From positions 1 through 62,775 of the forward strand of contig CAYWOO010000110.1 in the NCBI GenBank assembly GCA_964458665.1: a stretch of 62,775 nucleotides of DNA, in the 5' to 3' direction. This document shows positions 39,184-50,609 of the stretch, piece by piece. How positions within the stretch are numbered: the stretch's first letter is position 1; each line of letters starts with the position of its first letter. A program made the translations under genes and the position numbers. The notes below the pieces were generated by a model. The model searched no databases and was not told the DNA's origin. It saw only the letters and a program-made list of their open reading frames with translations. The stretch comes from an uncultured Dehalococcoidia bacterium (GTDB taxonomy: Bacteria > Chloroflexota > Dehalococcoidia > DSTF01 > JACRBR01).

Positions 39184-42100
39184 GTGACGATCAGGCCTAC
39201 GGAGCCAACCGCACGCCCTCTGCCGTTCAGCGCCTTGCCCGAAGCGAAGGGCCTCTATGACCCGCGCTTCGAGCACGATGCCTGCGGCGTGGGCTTCGTT
39301 GTTGACGTAACCGGGGCCAAGAGCCACGACATCGTTGCCACGGCGCTCGGCGCGCTCTGCAACCTCGACCATCGCGGCGCATCAGGCGCCGAAGTCAACA
39401 CCGGCGACGGCGCGGGCATCCTCATCCAGGTGCCGGACGCCTACCTACGCGGCGTGACCCCGTTCTCGCTTCCGCCGGCCGGCGCGTACGGCGTCGGGCT
39501 CGCATTCCTGCCGCTGGAGGCGACCGCGGCCGACCAGGCGCGCGGCGTGATGGAGGAACTGGCCGAAGATCAGGGCCTGCGCGTCATTGGCTGGCGGCGC
39601 GTTCCGATCGACGACTCGATGATCGGGCCTTCGGCACGCGCGGTGATACCCAGCTTCTGGCACTGCTTCGTGACGGATCCGGCCGGTGCGGTGGGTATCG
39701 ATCTGGACCGCAAGCTCTTCATACTGCGCAAGCGATCCGAGCATGAGGTTCGCGACGATCTGACGATCTACTTCCCGTCGCTGTCGAGCCGCACGCTGGT
39801 GTACAAGGGGATGTTGACGACGCCCCAGCTCGGCGAGTTCTTCCCCGATCTGCACGACCCGCGCGTCGAATCGGCGATGGCATTGGTGCACAGCAGATTC
39901 TCGACCAATACGTTCCCATCGTGGCCGCTCGCGCACCCGTACCGCTTTGTAGCGCACAACGGCGAGATCAACACGGTGCAGGGCAACCGCAACTGGATGC
40001 GCGCGCGTTCCGCGCAGATTTCGACACCACTTATTCCCGACCTTGAGCGCGCATTTCCGATCATCACGGACGGATCGTCCGACACGATGAAGTTCGACGA
40101 GTGCCTCGAACTCTTGCATCTCAGCGGCCGCTCGCTTGCGCACGGCGTGATGATGATGATCCCGGAGGCGTGGGAGAACCATGCGACGATGTCGCCGGCG
40201 AAGCGGGCGTTCTACCGCTACCACGCGTCGCTGATGGAACCCTGGGACGGGCCCGCATCGATCGCGTTCACCGATGGCACGGTGATCGGTGCGGTGCTGG
40301 ACCGAAACGGCCTGCGGCCGAGCCGTTACTGGGTCACCGACGACAACCGCGTGATCATGGCGAGCGAGTCGGGTGTGGTCGATATTGACCCGGCCCGCGT
40401 CGTAAAGAAGGGCAGGCTGAAGCCCGGCAAGATGTTCCTCGTCGATACGTCACTGGGCCGCGTCGTCCACGACGAAGACATCAAGGCGGAGCTGGCTGCC
40501 GAGCACCCGTATGAGCAGTGGTGCGAGCAGGGGCTGGTACATCTCAGCGACCTGCCCGATCGCAAGCACGTCGTCTATTCGCACCAGTCCGTCGTGCGCC
40601 GGCAGATGACGTTCGGATACACGCACGAGGAGCTGAAGCTTCTCGTCGCGCCGATGGCCAAATCAGGGCTTGAGGCCGTCGGCTCGATGGGAACCGACAC
40701 TCCGGTGGCGGTGCTGTCGGCTCGGCCCCGGCTGCTATTCGACTATTTCTCCCAGCTGTTCGCGCAGGTCACGAATCCACCGCTCGATGCGATCCGCGAG
40801 GAGCTCGTCACGTCGCTGTCGTCGACAATCGGCGCCGAGGGCAACCTGCTCGATGCCCAGCCCGACGCGTGTCACCAGATCGCCCTGCCGTTCCCCATCC
40901 TCGACAACGACGAGCTGGCCAAGCTCATTCACATCAATGACGATGGCGACCGGCCCGAGTTCGCCGCGCGCGTAATCCCGGGGTTCTACAGGGTTGCTGG
41001 CGGTGGCGCGGCGTTGCGCGCGGCGCTCGATCGCGTACAGGCCGAAGCGTTGGCGGCGAGCGCCGAGGGCGTCCGCATCATCGTGCTCTCGGATCGCGAC
41101 TCCGGGCCGGACCTCGCTCCGATTCCTTCCTTGCTGCTGGTGTCTGCGGTGCACCACTACCTCATACGTGAGGGCAAGCGCACGCAGGTGGGTTTGGTGC
41201 TGGAGACGGGTGACGCGCGTGAAGTGCACCATATGGCGCTGCTCATCGGCTACGGGGCCGGCGCGATCAATCCGTACCTCGCCTTCGAATCGATCGAAGA
41301 CCTGGTCGCGCAAGACCTCTATGGGCTCGGCGAGATGGATCCGCACCAGGCCATCAAGAACTACGTCAAAGCAGCCGGCAAGGGTGTGCTGAAGGTGATG
41401 TCGAAGATGGGCATCTCCACGGTCGCTTCGTACCGGGCCGCACAGGTGTTCGAGGCCATCGGGCTGGGCCACGACCTTGTCGACGAGTACTTCACGGGCA
41501 CCGTATCGCGACTCGGTGGCATCGGCCTCGACGAGCTCGCGGAGGAGGTCGCGCGCCGCCACGGCCGTGCGTACGCCCCTCGCCCCACCGAGCTCGCCCA
41601 CCGGGATCTCGACCTGGGCGGCGAGTACCAGTGGCGCCGCGAAGGTGAGTACCACCTGTTCAACCCCGACACGGTGTTTAAGCTCCAGCACGCGACGCGA
41701 GCAAAGCGATACGACGTCTACAAGGAGTACACGCACCTGGTCGACGACCAATCGAAGCGCCTCGCGACACTCCGCGGCCTGTTCATCCTCCGCGATGATG
41801 TGCGCCAGCCCGTGCCACTTGACGAAGTGGAGGCGGCGAGCGAGATCGTCAAGCGCTTCGCGACGGGCGCGATGTCGTACGGTTCGATTTCGAAGGAAGC
41901 GCATGAGAACCTTGCCATTGCGATGAACCGCATTGGGGGCAAGTCCAACACGGGGGAGGGCGGCGAAGACCCAGACCGCTACGTGCGTGACGCGAATGGC
42001 GATCTTCGACGCTCGGCCGTGCACCAGGTTGCGTCGGGCAGATTCGGCGTGACGTCGGAATATCTCGTCAACGCCGACGATTTGCAGATCAAGATGGCCC

Positions 42101-43785
42101 AGGGCGCGAAGCCCGGGGAGGGCGGCCAGCTCGCCGGCATCAAGATATACCCGTGGATCGCCAAGACCCGGTACTCCACACCAGGCGTCGGCCTGATTAG
42201 CCCGCCACCGCATCACGATATCTATTCGATCGAGGACATCAAGCAGCTCATCCACGACCTGAAGAACGCGAACCCGGAGGCGCGCGTACACGTCAAGCTC
42301 GTCGCGCAGGTGGGTGTCGGCACGGTAGCTGCCGGCGTGGCGAAGGCGCACAGCGACGTCGTGCTCATCTCGGGCCATGACGGAGGAACGGGCGCATCGC
42401 CACTGACTTCAATCAAGCACGCGGGAGCGCCGTGGGAGCTTGGGCTCGCCGAGACGCAGCAGACACTCATGCGCAACGGGCTTCGCGACAGGATCGTGGT
42501 GCAGGTCGATGGGCAACTGAAGACCGGCCGCGATGTGTTGATCGCGGCGCTGCTTGGCGGCGAGGAGTTTGGCTTCGCCACCGCTCCGCTCGTCGTGAGT
42601 GGATGCGTGATGATGCGCGTGTGCCACCTCGATACCTGCCCGGTCGGGATCGCGACACAGAACCCCGAGCTGCGCAAGCGCTTCTCAGGAAAACCAGAAT
42701 TCGTCGTTACGTTCTTCGAGTTCATCGCCGAAGAAGTGCGCGAATACCTTGCGGCGCTGGGCTTTCGCTCGATCGAAGAAGCGATCGGGCATACCGAAGT
42801 GCTCGACGTGCGAGCGGCGATCGACCACTGGAAGGCGCACAGTCTCGATCTTGCCCCGATCCTCGAAGAAGCTGAGAACCCGTACGAGGGGCAGACCCGC
42901 TTCTGCAGCCGCGGTCAGGATCATGGACTCGAGCGGGCACTCGATCGTGAACTGATCGAGCTGGCCGCCACCGCGCTCGCGGACGGAAGCCCTGTAGAGA
43001 TCGAGGCTCCGGTGCGCAATACGAATCGCTCGGTGGGCGCGATGCTCGGCTATGAGCTGACGAAGCGATGGGGTGGAGCGGGACTGCCCGACAACACCAT
43101 CCGGATCCACCTGCGCGGGTCGGCCGGACAGAGCTTCGGTGCGTTCGTGCCTCACGGCATCACGTTGTGCCTCGAAGGCGACGCGAACGACTACACCGCC
43201 AAGGGTCTGTCGGGCGGCATCGTGATCGTGCACCCCGACCGGGATGCGCTCTTCGCAGCCGAGGACAACGTCATTGCCGGCAACGTCGCGCTCTATGGCG
43301 CGACATCGGGCGAGGCGTACCTACGCGGGACGGTAGGCGAACGATTCTGTGTTCGAAACTCCGGCGCAACAGCCGTGACCGAAGGTATCGGCGACCACGG
43401 CTGCGAGTACATGACTGGCGGACGGGTGGTCGTGCTGGGCCCGACGGGGCGAAACTTCGCCGCGGGGATGTCGGGCGGCATCGCGTACGTCTACGATCCT
43501 GACGACCGCTTCCCAGCGCTGGTCAACTACCAGATGGTGGAGCTGGAACCGCTCACGGCCGACGACCGTGAATGGTTGCGCGCGACAGTCGAGCGCCATC
43601 GCGAACTCACGGGTTCTGATGTTGCCGATCGCCTGCTCACACAGTGGGAGAGCGAGGTCGAGTCGTTCCGCAAGGTGATGCCGCAGGACTACAAGCGAGT
43701 ACTCGCCGTCATGGAAGAGGCTGCTGCGTCGGGACTGTCCGAGGACGAGACACTCGCGCGCGTGATGGCGGCGGCGCATGGGTGA
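39184..43785 (+). CDS. gltB: Glutamate synthase large subunit
   Basis: [65 protein letters not shown] start at 39184 inferred. Confidence 0.97.
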   Translation: MTIRPTEPTARPLPFSALPEAKGLYDPRFEHDACGVGFVVDVTGAKSHDIVATALGALCNLDHRGASGAEVNTGDGAGILIQVPDAYLRGVTPFSLPPAGAYGVGLAFLPLEATAADQARGVMEELAEDQGLRVIGWRRVPIDDSMIGPSARAVIPSFWHCFVTDPAGAVGIDLDRKLFILRKRSEHEVRDDLTIYFPSLSSRTLVYKGMLTTPQLGEFFPDLHDPRVESAMALVHSRFSTNTFPSWPLAHPYRFVAHNGEINTVQGNRNWMRARSAQISTPLIPDLERAFPIITDGSSDTMKFDECLELLHLSGRSLAHGVMMMIPEAWENHATMSPAKRAFYRYHASLMEPWDGPASIAFTDGTVIGAVLDRNGLRPSRYWVTDDNRVIMASESGVVDIDPARVVKKGRLKPGKMFLVDTSLGRVVHDEDIKAELAAEHPYEQWCEQGLVHLSDLPDRKHVVYSHQSVVRRQMTFGYTHEELKLLVAPMAKSGLEAVGSMGTDTPVAVLSARPRLLFDYFSQLFAQVTNPPLDAIREELVTSLSSTIGAEGNLLDAQPDACHQIALPFPILDNDELAKLIHINDDGDRPEFAARVIPGFYRVAGGGAALRAALDRVQAEALAASAEGVRIIVLSDRDSGPDLAPIPSLLLVSAVHHYLIREGKRTQVGLVLETGDAREVHHMALLIGYGAGAINPYLAFESIEDLVAQDLYGLGEMDPHQAIKNYVKAAGKGVLKVMSKMGISTVASYRAAQVFEAIGLGHDLVDEYFTGTVSRLGGIGLDELAEEVARRHGRAYAPRPTELAHRDLDLGGEYQWRREGEYHLFNPDTVFKLQHATRAKRYDVYKEYTHLVDDQSKRLATLRGLFILRDDVRQPVPLDEVEAASEIVKRFATGAMSYGSISKEAHENLAIAMNRIGGKSNTGEGGEDPDRYVRDANGDLRRSAVHQVASGRFGVTSEYLVNADDLQIKMAQGAKPGEGGQLAGIKIYPWIAKTRYSTPGVGLISPPPHHDIYSIEDIKQLIHDLKNANPEARVHVKLVAQVGVGTVAAGVAKAHSDVVLISGHDGGTGASPLTSIKHAGAPWELGLAETQQTLMRNGLRDRIVVQVDGQLKTGRDVLIAALLGGEEFGFATAPLVVSGCVMMRVCHLDTCPVGIATQNPELRKRFSGKPEFVVTFFEFIAEEVREYLAALGFRSIEEAIGHTEVLDVRAAIDHWKAHSLDLAPILEEAENPYEGQTRFCSRGQDHGLERALDRELIELAATALADGSPVEIEAPVRNTNRSVGAMLGYELTKRWGGAGLPDNTIRIHLRGSAGQSFGAFVPHGITLCLEGDANDYTAKGLSGGIVIVHPDRDALFAAEDNVIAGNVALYGATSGEAYLRGTVGERFCVRNSGATAVTEGIGDHGCEYMTGGRVVVLGPTGRNFAAGMSGGIAYVYDPDDRFPALVNYQMVELEPLTADDREWLRATVERHRELTGSDVADRLLTQWESEVESFRKVMPQDYKRVLAVMEEAAASGLSEDETLARVMAAAHG

Positions 43786-45226
43786 GACAACGGGTTTTCT
43801 GAAGTGGGGACGGATCACACCCAAGCGGCGCGGCGTACCACTGCGGATCCACGACTGGCACGAGGTATACGAGCCGTTCGCACGTGACACGCTTAAGCAG
43901 CAGGCGGGCCGTTGCATGGACTGCGGGATACCGTTTTGCAACAACGGCTGTCCATTGGGCAACCTCATTCCTGATTGGAACGACCTTGTCTATCGCGATC
44001 ACTGGCGCGAGGCGATCGAGCGACTGCACGCGACCAACAATTTCCCGGAGTTCACGGGCCGGCTGTGCCCGGCGCCGTGCGAGACTTCGTGCGTACTGGG
44101 GATCAATCAGGATCCGGTAACGATCAAGCAGGTCGAGGTGGAGATCGTCGATCGTGCGTGGGCGGAAGGCTGGATCCAGCCGATCGTGCCGACGGTTCGC
44201 ACGGGGAAGCGCGTGGCCGTTGTCGGATCAGGCCCCGCGGGCCTGGCGGCGGCACAACAGCTCACGCGCGCCGGACACGAGGTCGTCGTCTTCGAGCGCG
44301 CCGACCGCATCGGCGGGCTGCTGCGTTACGGAATTCCCGAGTTCAAGATGGAGAAGCGGCACCTTGACCGGCGGCTCGAGCAGATGCGCGCCGAGGGCAC
44401 CGAGTTTCGCGTCAACGCAAACGTCGGCGTCGATCTGCCCGTGTCGGCGCTGCGCGCATTCGACGCCACCGTACTCGCTGGCGGTGCAACCGCATCGCGT
44501 GACCTGCCGATCCCCGGGCGCGAGCTGGGGGGAATCCACCAGGCGATGGAGTACCTGCCGATCGGGAATCGCGTGCAGCAGGGAGACCTTCCTGCGCCCA
44601 CGATCACAGCTGCGGGCAAACGCGTCGTGATCATCGGCGGTGGCGACACCGGCGCTGACTGCCTCGGCACGGCGCACCGCCAGAGTGCGCTGTCGGTGCA
44701 CCAGTTCGAGATCCTGCGGCGGCCGCCGGAGCATCGCGCACCCACGAACCCGTGGCCTACGTGGGCGGACGTATTCCGCGTAACGTCGGCCCACGAAGAA
44801 GGCGGCGAGCGTGTCTACAGCGTCAACACGGAACGATTCGTCGGCAACGAGGACGAGACGGTGCGTGCTCTGGTCGCACACGAGGTCGAGATGGTTGACG
44901 GCCGGTTCACGAAGATACAGGGCACGGACTTCGAGCTACCATGCGATCTGGTCCTGCTGGCGATGGGTTTCGTGGGCCCCGAGCGGGATGGATTGCTCGA
45001 AGAACTTGGCGTCGACCTTGACTCGCGTGGCAACGTCGCGCGCGACAGATCGTTCATGACCAGCATGCCCGGGGTCTTCGCCTGCGGCGACATGGGACGA
45101 GGCCAGAGCCTCATCGTCTGGGCGATCGCCGAGGGGCGCTCGTGCGCCGCCGGGGTCGACCGACACCTGGCCGGCGAAACGCAGCTTCCCTCGCCGATCG
45201 AACCGACCGCGCGGGCGCTGCTCTAA
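43778..45226 (+). CDS. gltD: Glutamate synthase small subunit
   Basis: [38 protein letters not shown]. Confidence 0.97.
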   Translation: MGETTGFLKWGRITPKRRGVPLRIHDWHEVYEPFARDTLKQQAGRCMDCGIPFCNNGCPLGNLIPDWNDLVYRDHWREAIERLHATNNFPEFTGRLCPAPCETSCVLGINQDPVTIKQVEVEIVDRAWAEGWIQPIVPTVRTGKRVAVVGSGPAGLAAAQQLTRAGHEVVVFERADRIGGLLRYGIPEFKMEKRHLDRRLEQMRAEGTEFRVNANVGVDLPVSALRAFDATVLAGGATASRDLPIPGRELGGIHQAMEYLPIGNRVQQGDLPAPTITAAGKRVVIIGGGDTGADCLGTAHRQSALSVHQFEILRRPPEHRAPTNPWPTWADVFRVTSAHEEGGERVYSVNTERFVGNEDETVRALVAHEVEMVDGRFTKIQGTDFELPCDLVLLAMGFVGPERDGLLEELGVDLDSRGNVARDRSFMTSMPGVFACGDMGRGQSLIVWAIAEGRSCAAGVDRHLAGETQLPSPIEPTARALL

Positions 45227-45310
45227 CTGGCCGTCGCAAACCCCGTACGCGTTCTGCATCGAGTGGTCGAGCTTGCATTCTTTCCAACAAACCCTGCGTT
45301 GGTTACCGTC

Positions 45311-45339
45311 TTGACAAAGACATGGAAAAGCATTAACAT
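45311..45339 (+). promoter_or_regulatory. Sigma70-type promoter of the TA pair
   Basis: TTGACA-N17-TAACAT. Confidence 0.65.
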
Positions 45340-45348
45340 CGATGAATT

Positions 45349-45840
45349 ATGAGTAAACAACGGCGAAAAATCCCAGCCACCGAGTTGCGCGTCCACCTGG
45401 GCGAGGCGCTCAAGGCGCTCGAGGACGAGGACATCGTCATCGAGAAAGGCGGCGTGCCCGTTGCGCTGCTCACGCGGTACGGAAGAGAGGTCGGAACCAT
45501 GGAGGCCGCGACGGAGACACAGTACGAGCGCGCGCTCTCGAAGCGAGCTGAGGCCGGAGGCTGGGAGCGGACGCTGAGCGCAATGGAGCGCGGGTGGCTG
45601 GGCATCAACGAGGACGAGATGACGGCGAACATCTATCGCTGGCGCGCCGAGGGTGCGACACAAAGGCGCTACGAACTGGACGACGACTCCGTGTCCGACG
45701 ATAGCGAGGAAGAAGGGGTGGCAGATGGCCGTGGCGCGATATCTTCTCGACAGCGACATCTGCTGCAAGGCCTTACGCCGGGGACGTACGTCGCTGACGA
45801 ACGTGCTGAGTACGATGCGTCCGGATGGACTGGCGATTAG
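45349..45840 (+). CDS. Phd/YefM-like antitoxin with a long 3' overlap into the toxin gene
   Basis: IPATELRVHLGEALKAL...IVIEKGGVPVALL N-terminus; sits upstream of the PIN gene. Confidence 0.8.
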   Translation: MSKQRRKIPATELRVHLGEALKALEDEDIVIEKGGVPVALLTRYGREVGTMEAATETQYERALSKRAEAGGWERTLSAMERGWLGINEDEMTANIYRWRAEGATQRRYELDDDSVSDDSEEEGVADGRGAISSRQRHLLQGLTPGTYVADERAEYDASGWTGD

Positions 45841-46138
45841 CACGATCACCTACGGTGAGGTCATGGAGGGTGTCCTCTTCGACCCGCAACGCGCTACCAA
45901 CCTCCAGATTTGGCGTGACTTCCTTGCTGCGTTTGACGTGATCGACGTGACGATGGAAGTCGCCGAGGTGTGGGCGGACATCCGTGGGCGCTTGCGGGCG
46001 CAGGGCAAGCTGCTGCCTGACAACGACCTGCTGATCGCATCGACGGCGCTGCGTTTCGGGATGACGCTCGTGACCTGGAACCTCCGTCACTTTGGCCGTA
46101 TCGTTGGCCTCGATGTGATTGTCCCGGAGCGTCCGTAA
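45725..46138 (+). CDS. vapC: VapC PIN-domain toxin
   Basis: YLLDSDIC, STITYGE, DNDLLIASTAL, LVTWNLRHF. Confidence 0.92.
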   Translation: MAVARYLLDSDICCKALRRGRTSLTNVLSTMRPDGLAISTITYGEVMEGVLFDPQRATNLQIWRDFLAAFDVIDVTMEVAEVWADIRGRLRAQGKLLPDNDLLIASTALRFGMTLVTWNLRHFGRIVGLDVIVPERP

Positions 46139-46142
46139 CCAT

Positions 46143-46171
46143 TTGACACTGCCGGGCATCGAACCTAGGAT
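46143..46171 (+). promoter_or_regulatory. Sigma70-type promoter of the aquaporin gene
   Basis: TTGACA-N17-TAGGAT, then AGGAGG RBS. Confidence 0.7.
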
Positions 46172-46214
46172 AGGTGTTGAGCAAAGACGTATGCTCCTTA
46201 GCAATTAGGAGGCA

Positions 46215-47030
46215 GTGATGGCCGACAACGACGTGATGGTTCCGGCCCGAGAGTTCAACGCCGAAGGGTTCCTGCCGGCCGACCTGCTGGCCAACTGGAT
46301 ACGGCCGCTGCTGGCGGAGCTGATCGGCCCGTTTGCGCTGGTCTTCATCGGCGCGGGCGCGATTATGACGGCTTACACGCAGAACTTCAGCGACGGCGGG
46401 ACGCTCGCGGTGGTGGCGCTGGCGCACGGCCTGGCGATCGGGCTGATGGTGGCTGCCGCAGGACATATCTCGGGCGGCCACTACAATCCGGCGGTCACGC
46501 TATCTCTTTGGGTTGGCGGGAAGATCGGCCTGGTGAAATCGATTGCGTACATCATCGCCCAGCTTGTTGGCGCAGTGATTGCTGCGATGTTGCTCCGGTA
46601 CATCTATCCCGAAGCGACGCGAGATGTCACGAACCTCGGCGTCCCCGGAATCATCCATGCCGGGGCGAACCCATACATCATCGTCGGCCGGGCGCACGGA
46701 TTCGTCCTGGAAGCGATCGCGACGTTCTTTCTGGTGTACGTGATCTGCGGGACAGCCATCGACTCACGCGGCCCGCACGCCATCGCTTCGCTGGCGATCG
46801 GGCTGACGATCACGATGGACGTCCTGATGGCGGGACCGTTGACCGGTGCTGCGATGAACCCGGCCAGGCACTTTGGTCCGGCGCTGATTCAGGGTGAATG
46901 GAAGGACTGGTGGATCTACTGGGCGGGCCCGATCACCGGCGGCATCGCCGCGTCGATCGTCCACAACTACATCCTGATACCACGCAGCGTCGGGTTCCCG
47001 GAGCCGATGCCGGGGGAGCATCATACGTAA
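46215..47030 (+). CDS. MIP/aquaporin family channel
   Basis: SGGHYNPAVT and AMNPARHFGP (two NPA boxes). Confidence 0.95.
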   Translation: MMADNDVMVPAREFNAEGFLPADLLANWIRPLLAELIGPFALVFIGAGAIMTAYTQNFSDGGTLAVVALAHGLAIGLMVAAAGHISGGHYNPAVTLSLWVGGKIGLVKSIAYIIAQLVGAVIAAMLLRYIYPEATRDVTNLGVPGIIHAGANPYIIVGRAHGFVLEAIATFFLVYVICGTAIDSRGPHAIASLAIGLTITMDVLMAGPLTGAAMNPARHFGPALIQGEWKDWWIYWAGPITGGIAASIVHNYILIPRSVGFPEPMPGEHHT

Positions 47031-47055
47031 CGTCTGCGCAAGACGAATCTTGAAG

Positions 47056-47078
47056 AGCCTCGCAGCTGCGGGGTTTTT
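47056..47078 (+). terminator. Intrinsic terminator
   Basis: CTCGC/GCGGG stem followed by TTTTT. Confidence 0.6.
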
Positions 47079-47105
47079 CCGATTCCAGGTTCGAGCGGCG
47101 ATGTA

Positions 47106-47667
47106 CTACGCTGCGGCGGGCCGCTCGTAGATGCCGATCATGACGGCGCTAGCGCCGCGGTAGCGCGAGCCGTGGAATTTGGCTCCTTGCACCTCATCCC
47201 AAGGCGCCTCGCGCCAGTGTGTGCGACCGAAGCGCTTCATCAAGCATCTGCTGGTGAATTGCAGTGTGCCATCGGACATCGCGGCATCGATGCCGGGGTT
47301 GTAGCCGACCGGTACCCTGACCAACAATTTGCCGCCCGGCGCCAGTAGCTCTTTCAGGTGTTCGAGTGCTCGCGGTGCCTTGCCGACGTCGCGCGGAGTT
47401 TCGTCCCAGCCAACGTGTTCCAGCGTGGAAATCGCGACGATGACATCGTACTGGTGTCCCGGATCGTAGTCGACGATGGCCTGCTTGATGACGCCGTTGG
47501 CCTCCTCGTACTTGTCGAGGACGTCGTGGTGGACAGGTTGGTACCACGACAAGACGTTGCCGACCTCAAGCATGTTGTCCGACGGGTAGCGTTCGCACGC
47601 TCGTTCTTCCACGTGATGTTGTAGAGATGATAGAAGTAGTGGTACGTGCGTCCGAGCGCCGGCAGCG
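47106..47667 (-). pseudogene. SAM-dependent methyltransferase remnant (5' end truncated by IS; internal frameshifting deletion)
   Basis: LEVGNVLSWY, YDVIVAISTLEHVG and LLAPGGKL lie in one frame. The N-terminal ALGRTYHYFYHLYNITWKNERA lies in another frame, abutting the IS end. Confidence 0.75.
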
Positions 47668-48514
47668 TGTTGAAGTTCTGAGACTAAGTCCGCTGTGTGT
47701 TCCGAGACTTTGTCCGCGCTGGTGTTTCCTCGGTCGTAGGATGGGCAGTGTAAGACGGGAGGCGGGCGACAGCATAGCGCTGGCGTCCGTTTTCTGTTGT
47801 GTGGGAGTCGCGCCTCCACGGGTGACGAGGTCCAGGTGTCCAAGGCAGTGTCGTGGCGCAGGGTGCGGGTGATGGTACGGGCGGTGGAGGACGCTCGCCG
47901 ACGGTGCCGCGGCTGCGGGTGCGAAGCGGCAGGGCGATGGGTGCTTGCCGCGCGATGCAGGCGCCCTGGAAGTACACGCTAGCGCTGCCGTCCATGTGTT
48001 CGCGGATCTCGACCCGCGCTTTGGCGTACGATCGCCGCAGCGGCCCCGGCGGGATCGCGATGGCGCGCCCATTCGGCGCTCGCCGACGTTGCGGACTCGG
48101 GCGGCCAGCGCCGCGCAGCACACGTCGCACCGACGACCGGTGCAGGGCGATGGCGTGATGCTCCGCCAGGAGCTCGCTGAGATGCTGATCGTTACAGCCC
48201 GCGTAGGTGGTGCTGGCGAGCTCGAGCACCATCGCCACCACCCCCGGATCCAGGGCATGCGCGGGTCGGCGTCCGCGATTGCCATGGACCAGCACCTTTG
48301 GCCCGTCGCGCAGCAGCGCCGATCGCTGCCGCCGCAGGTGCCTCGGCGACCACCCCAGGAGTGCCGTCGCCTCCGCCGTCGTGCAGCTACCGTCAATCAC
48401 CCCGGTGAGCACCCGCGCCCGCATCTGTTCCGTCGCCGTCATGATGATGTCCTCGTTCATGAGAGGACAAAATCACAGAACAGTTACCGAGGACAGAATC
48501 TCGGAACACCAACA
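47668..48514 (-). mobile_element. Internally deleted IS1202/ISNCY-type insertion sequence (847 bp)
   Basis: Both ends start TGTTG and carry two 18-bp subterminal motifs of the type TGTTCCGAGACTTTGTCC; encloses a truncated transposase ORF. Confidence 0.85.
47684..48460 (-). pseudogene. Transposase lacking its DDE core
   Basis: N-terminal HTH region with HGNRGRRP is fused directly to the C-terminal PGP.RRSYAKARVEIREHMDG and PWTP...HPWRR; no integrase core (Q.DGS-like motif) in between. Confidence 0.8.
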
Positions 48515-48530
48515 TCGCGCCCGAGAGCAC

Positions 48531-48558
48531 TTGACATCCTGCCGTTCGGTGGTATCGT
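48531..48558 (+). promoter_or_regulatory. Sigma70-type promoter upstream of the surface-protein gene
   Basis: TTGACA-N16-TATCGT with a TG extension. Confidence 0.55.
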
Positions 48559-48666
48559 TGACCTCACTCCAATCCGCACGTTGCGGTCACACCCGGTGGC
48601 GCCTTCCGGCACAGCCTCTCGCGACGACTTCCGGCCCGCGCCGCCTGGACAAAGGCGGTACTCGTC

Positions 48667-50474
48667 ATGCTACGCACGGCTACGCTCTTCCTCATCATGA
48701 TGGCCATCGGCACGCTCTTCGCTGCCGTGCCGCAACGGGCCGACGCCGACCCGACGTTTGGCCTGTCGCTCGGTTCGCCGTCGGGCCCGCCCGGCGCCGG
48801 GCTCGAGCCCGCGCCAGGAGCACCGGCTTTCGGACCGCTGCCGCCACCGGTGGTGGTGATCCCGCCCGGCGCGCTCCCCCTCCCGGCGAGGTGGACGCCA
48901 GTTCGTTTGGCAACGAGCCGTTCCCTCCTCCAGCGCCATGGCACGTGGCGTTCTCCGTTGCGCCCGGGTCGGTCGGCCATCCGGGATCGCCACCGTTCCC
49001 GCCGCAACCGAATGTCACGTTTGAGACGGCGATAGGCGATGGCAGCACCGCGGGCGACATCTACCTGAGCCTCGATCCGGCGACGCTGCCCCTGGGCGGG
49101 TTCCCGGCATTCGCTGCGCCACCCTGCGGCCCCATCCGCTCGAATACGCAACTTGCCGACGAGAACGGCGTCGGGCCGCTCGCGTTCGGCGCGCCGAACG
49201 TCGGCCTCGGGCTGGTGCCGCTCGCCGACAATCTGGATACGCTCGACCTGAGCGACAACTCGGTGGTTGACTTCGTGCCGGCCGCGGGCGACGGCCTGCC
49301 TGACGTCCCCGTCTTCTTCTCCCTCAATGCTGCGACAGCCGCTGCGCTGGGTCCCGTGCCACCGAACTTCTCGCCGCCATCGGCTGCGACCGTGTATGCG
49401 TATTTCCCGCCCGGCGGGTTCCCCTTCGTGTTCGACTACATCCCCTTCTTCGCGCATGGGCTCGGTCCGGGCGATGACATCGATGCCCTTGCGCTGACGT
49501 ACTCGGGCGCGCCCGTTATGGCGGCCGGAGCCGGCTTCGGCGACCCCATGATGTTTTCTCTCACGCCGGTGTCGCCGACGCTGCCCGTTTTGGCCTCCGT
49601 TTGCTTCGGGCCCGGGACGGCGACCGCCGGCGACGTCTTCCTCGGCATTGGCGCGGCGCCCTTCCCGATCATCGACGCCGAAATGCTCGGTGTGAGTGCG
49701 CTGCGAACGGGCGGCCCCGTCAACGACAACGTGGACGCCATCGATATCTGCCTTGAGACGGGCATCGATCTGGACTTCGACTTTCAGGACAACGGTTGCG
49801 ATTTCGATGACGACGGCGATCTGATCGGCGACATGATCGACAACTGCCCGCTCGTGATGAATCCGACGCAGGCCGACCTCGATGGAGACCTCATCGGCGA
49901 CGCCTGCGACCCGGATATCGACGGCGACGGCGTCGGCAACGTCGTGGACAACTGTCCCGTCGCGGCGAACCCCTTGCAGGAGAACAACGATGCAGCCGTC
50001 GCGTATCTCTGGATTATCGACGGCAACGGCGCCGAAGGCGCGACGCTGGGCGGCGACGCCTGCGACGCGAACGACGACAACGATGGCTGCACGGACGTGC
50101 GGGAGGCGGGGCTGGTTCCCACGGCCGGCGGCATGCGCGATCGGCTTGTTCCGTGGGACTTCGCCGATGTGCCGGCGCCGGCACTGTTGCCGGCGACCCC
50201 TGGCAGTACGCGAAACCGGCTGATCACGCTTGCGGATGTGTTAGCTGACCTCCAGTACGTCGGAACTGCGGCCGCGATACCACTCACGCCGAACGTCAAC
50301 GGAGCGATGTACGGGAGCGACCTCAACGGCAACACCATTCCAGATGGGCGGGAGTACGACCGCACGCCCAGCACGACGCCCGGTCAGCCGTGGCGGTCAG
50401 GCCCGCCCAACGGGACGGTGACGCTCTCCGATGTGCTAACCGTGCTCGCGCAGGTTGGGACGAACTGTACGTAG
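48667..50474 (+). pseudogene. Secreted surface protein (thrombospondin type-3-like Ca repeats plus conserved C-terminal tail), with a -1 frameshift at 48876-48884
   Basis: The signal peptide frame (48667) ends at 49035; the rest of the protein is in the frame of ORF 48207-50474. Adding one C joins ...PPGALPLPGEVDASSFGNE. Contains DLDGDLIGDACDPDIDGDG and DNCP repeats. Confidence 0.8.
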
Positions 50475-50481
50475 AGCATGT

Positions 50482-50515
50482 GTGGCTCCGCACGACGGCT
50501 GTCGTGCGGAGCCAC
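50482..50515. terminator. Perfect 15-bp-stem hairpin between the two surface-protein genes
   Basis: GTGGCTCCGCACGAC-GGCT-GTCGTGCGGAGCCAC; no U-tract. Confidence 0.5.
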
Positions 50516-50609
50516 CGTTCCGGCACGCCTGCCTGCGTCGAATTCATGTGTCCGCGCGAGCACTGAATCAGTACAGGTTATCGCGCTCAACGATTTGAGG
50601 AGATGAAGC

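Noticed and set aside
48207-48666. N-terminal part of ORF 48207-50474 as real coding sequence
   Set aside because: It runs antisense through the IS and over a promoter; the true start is the signal peptide at 48667 in another frame.
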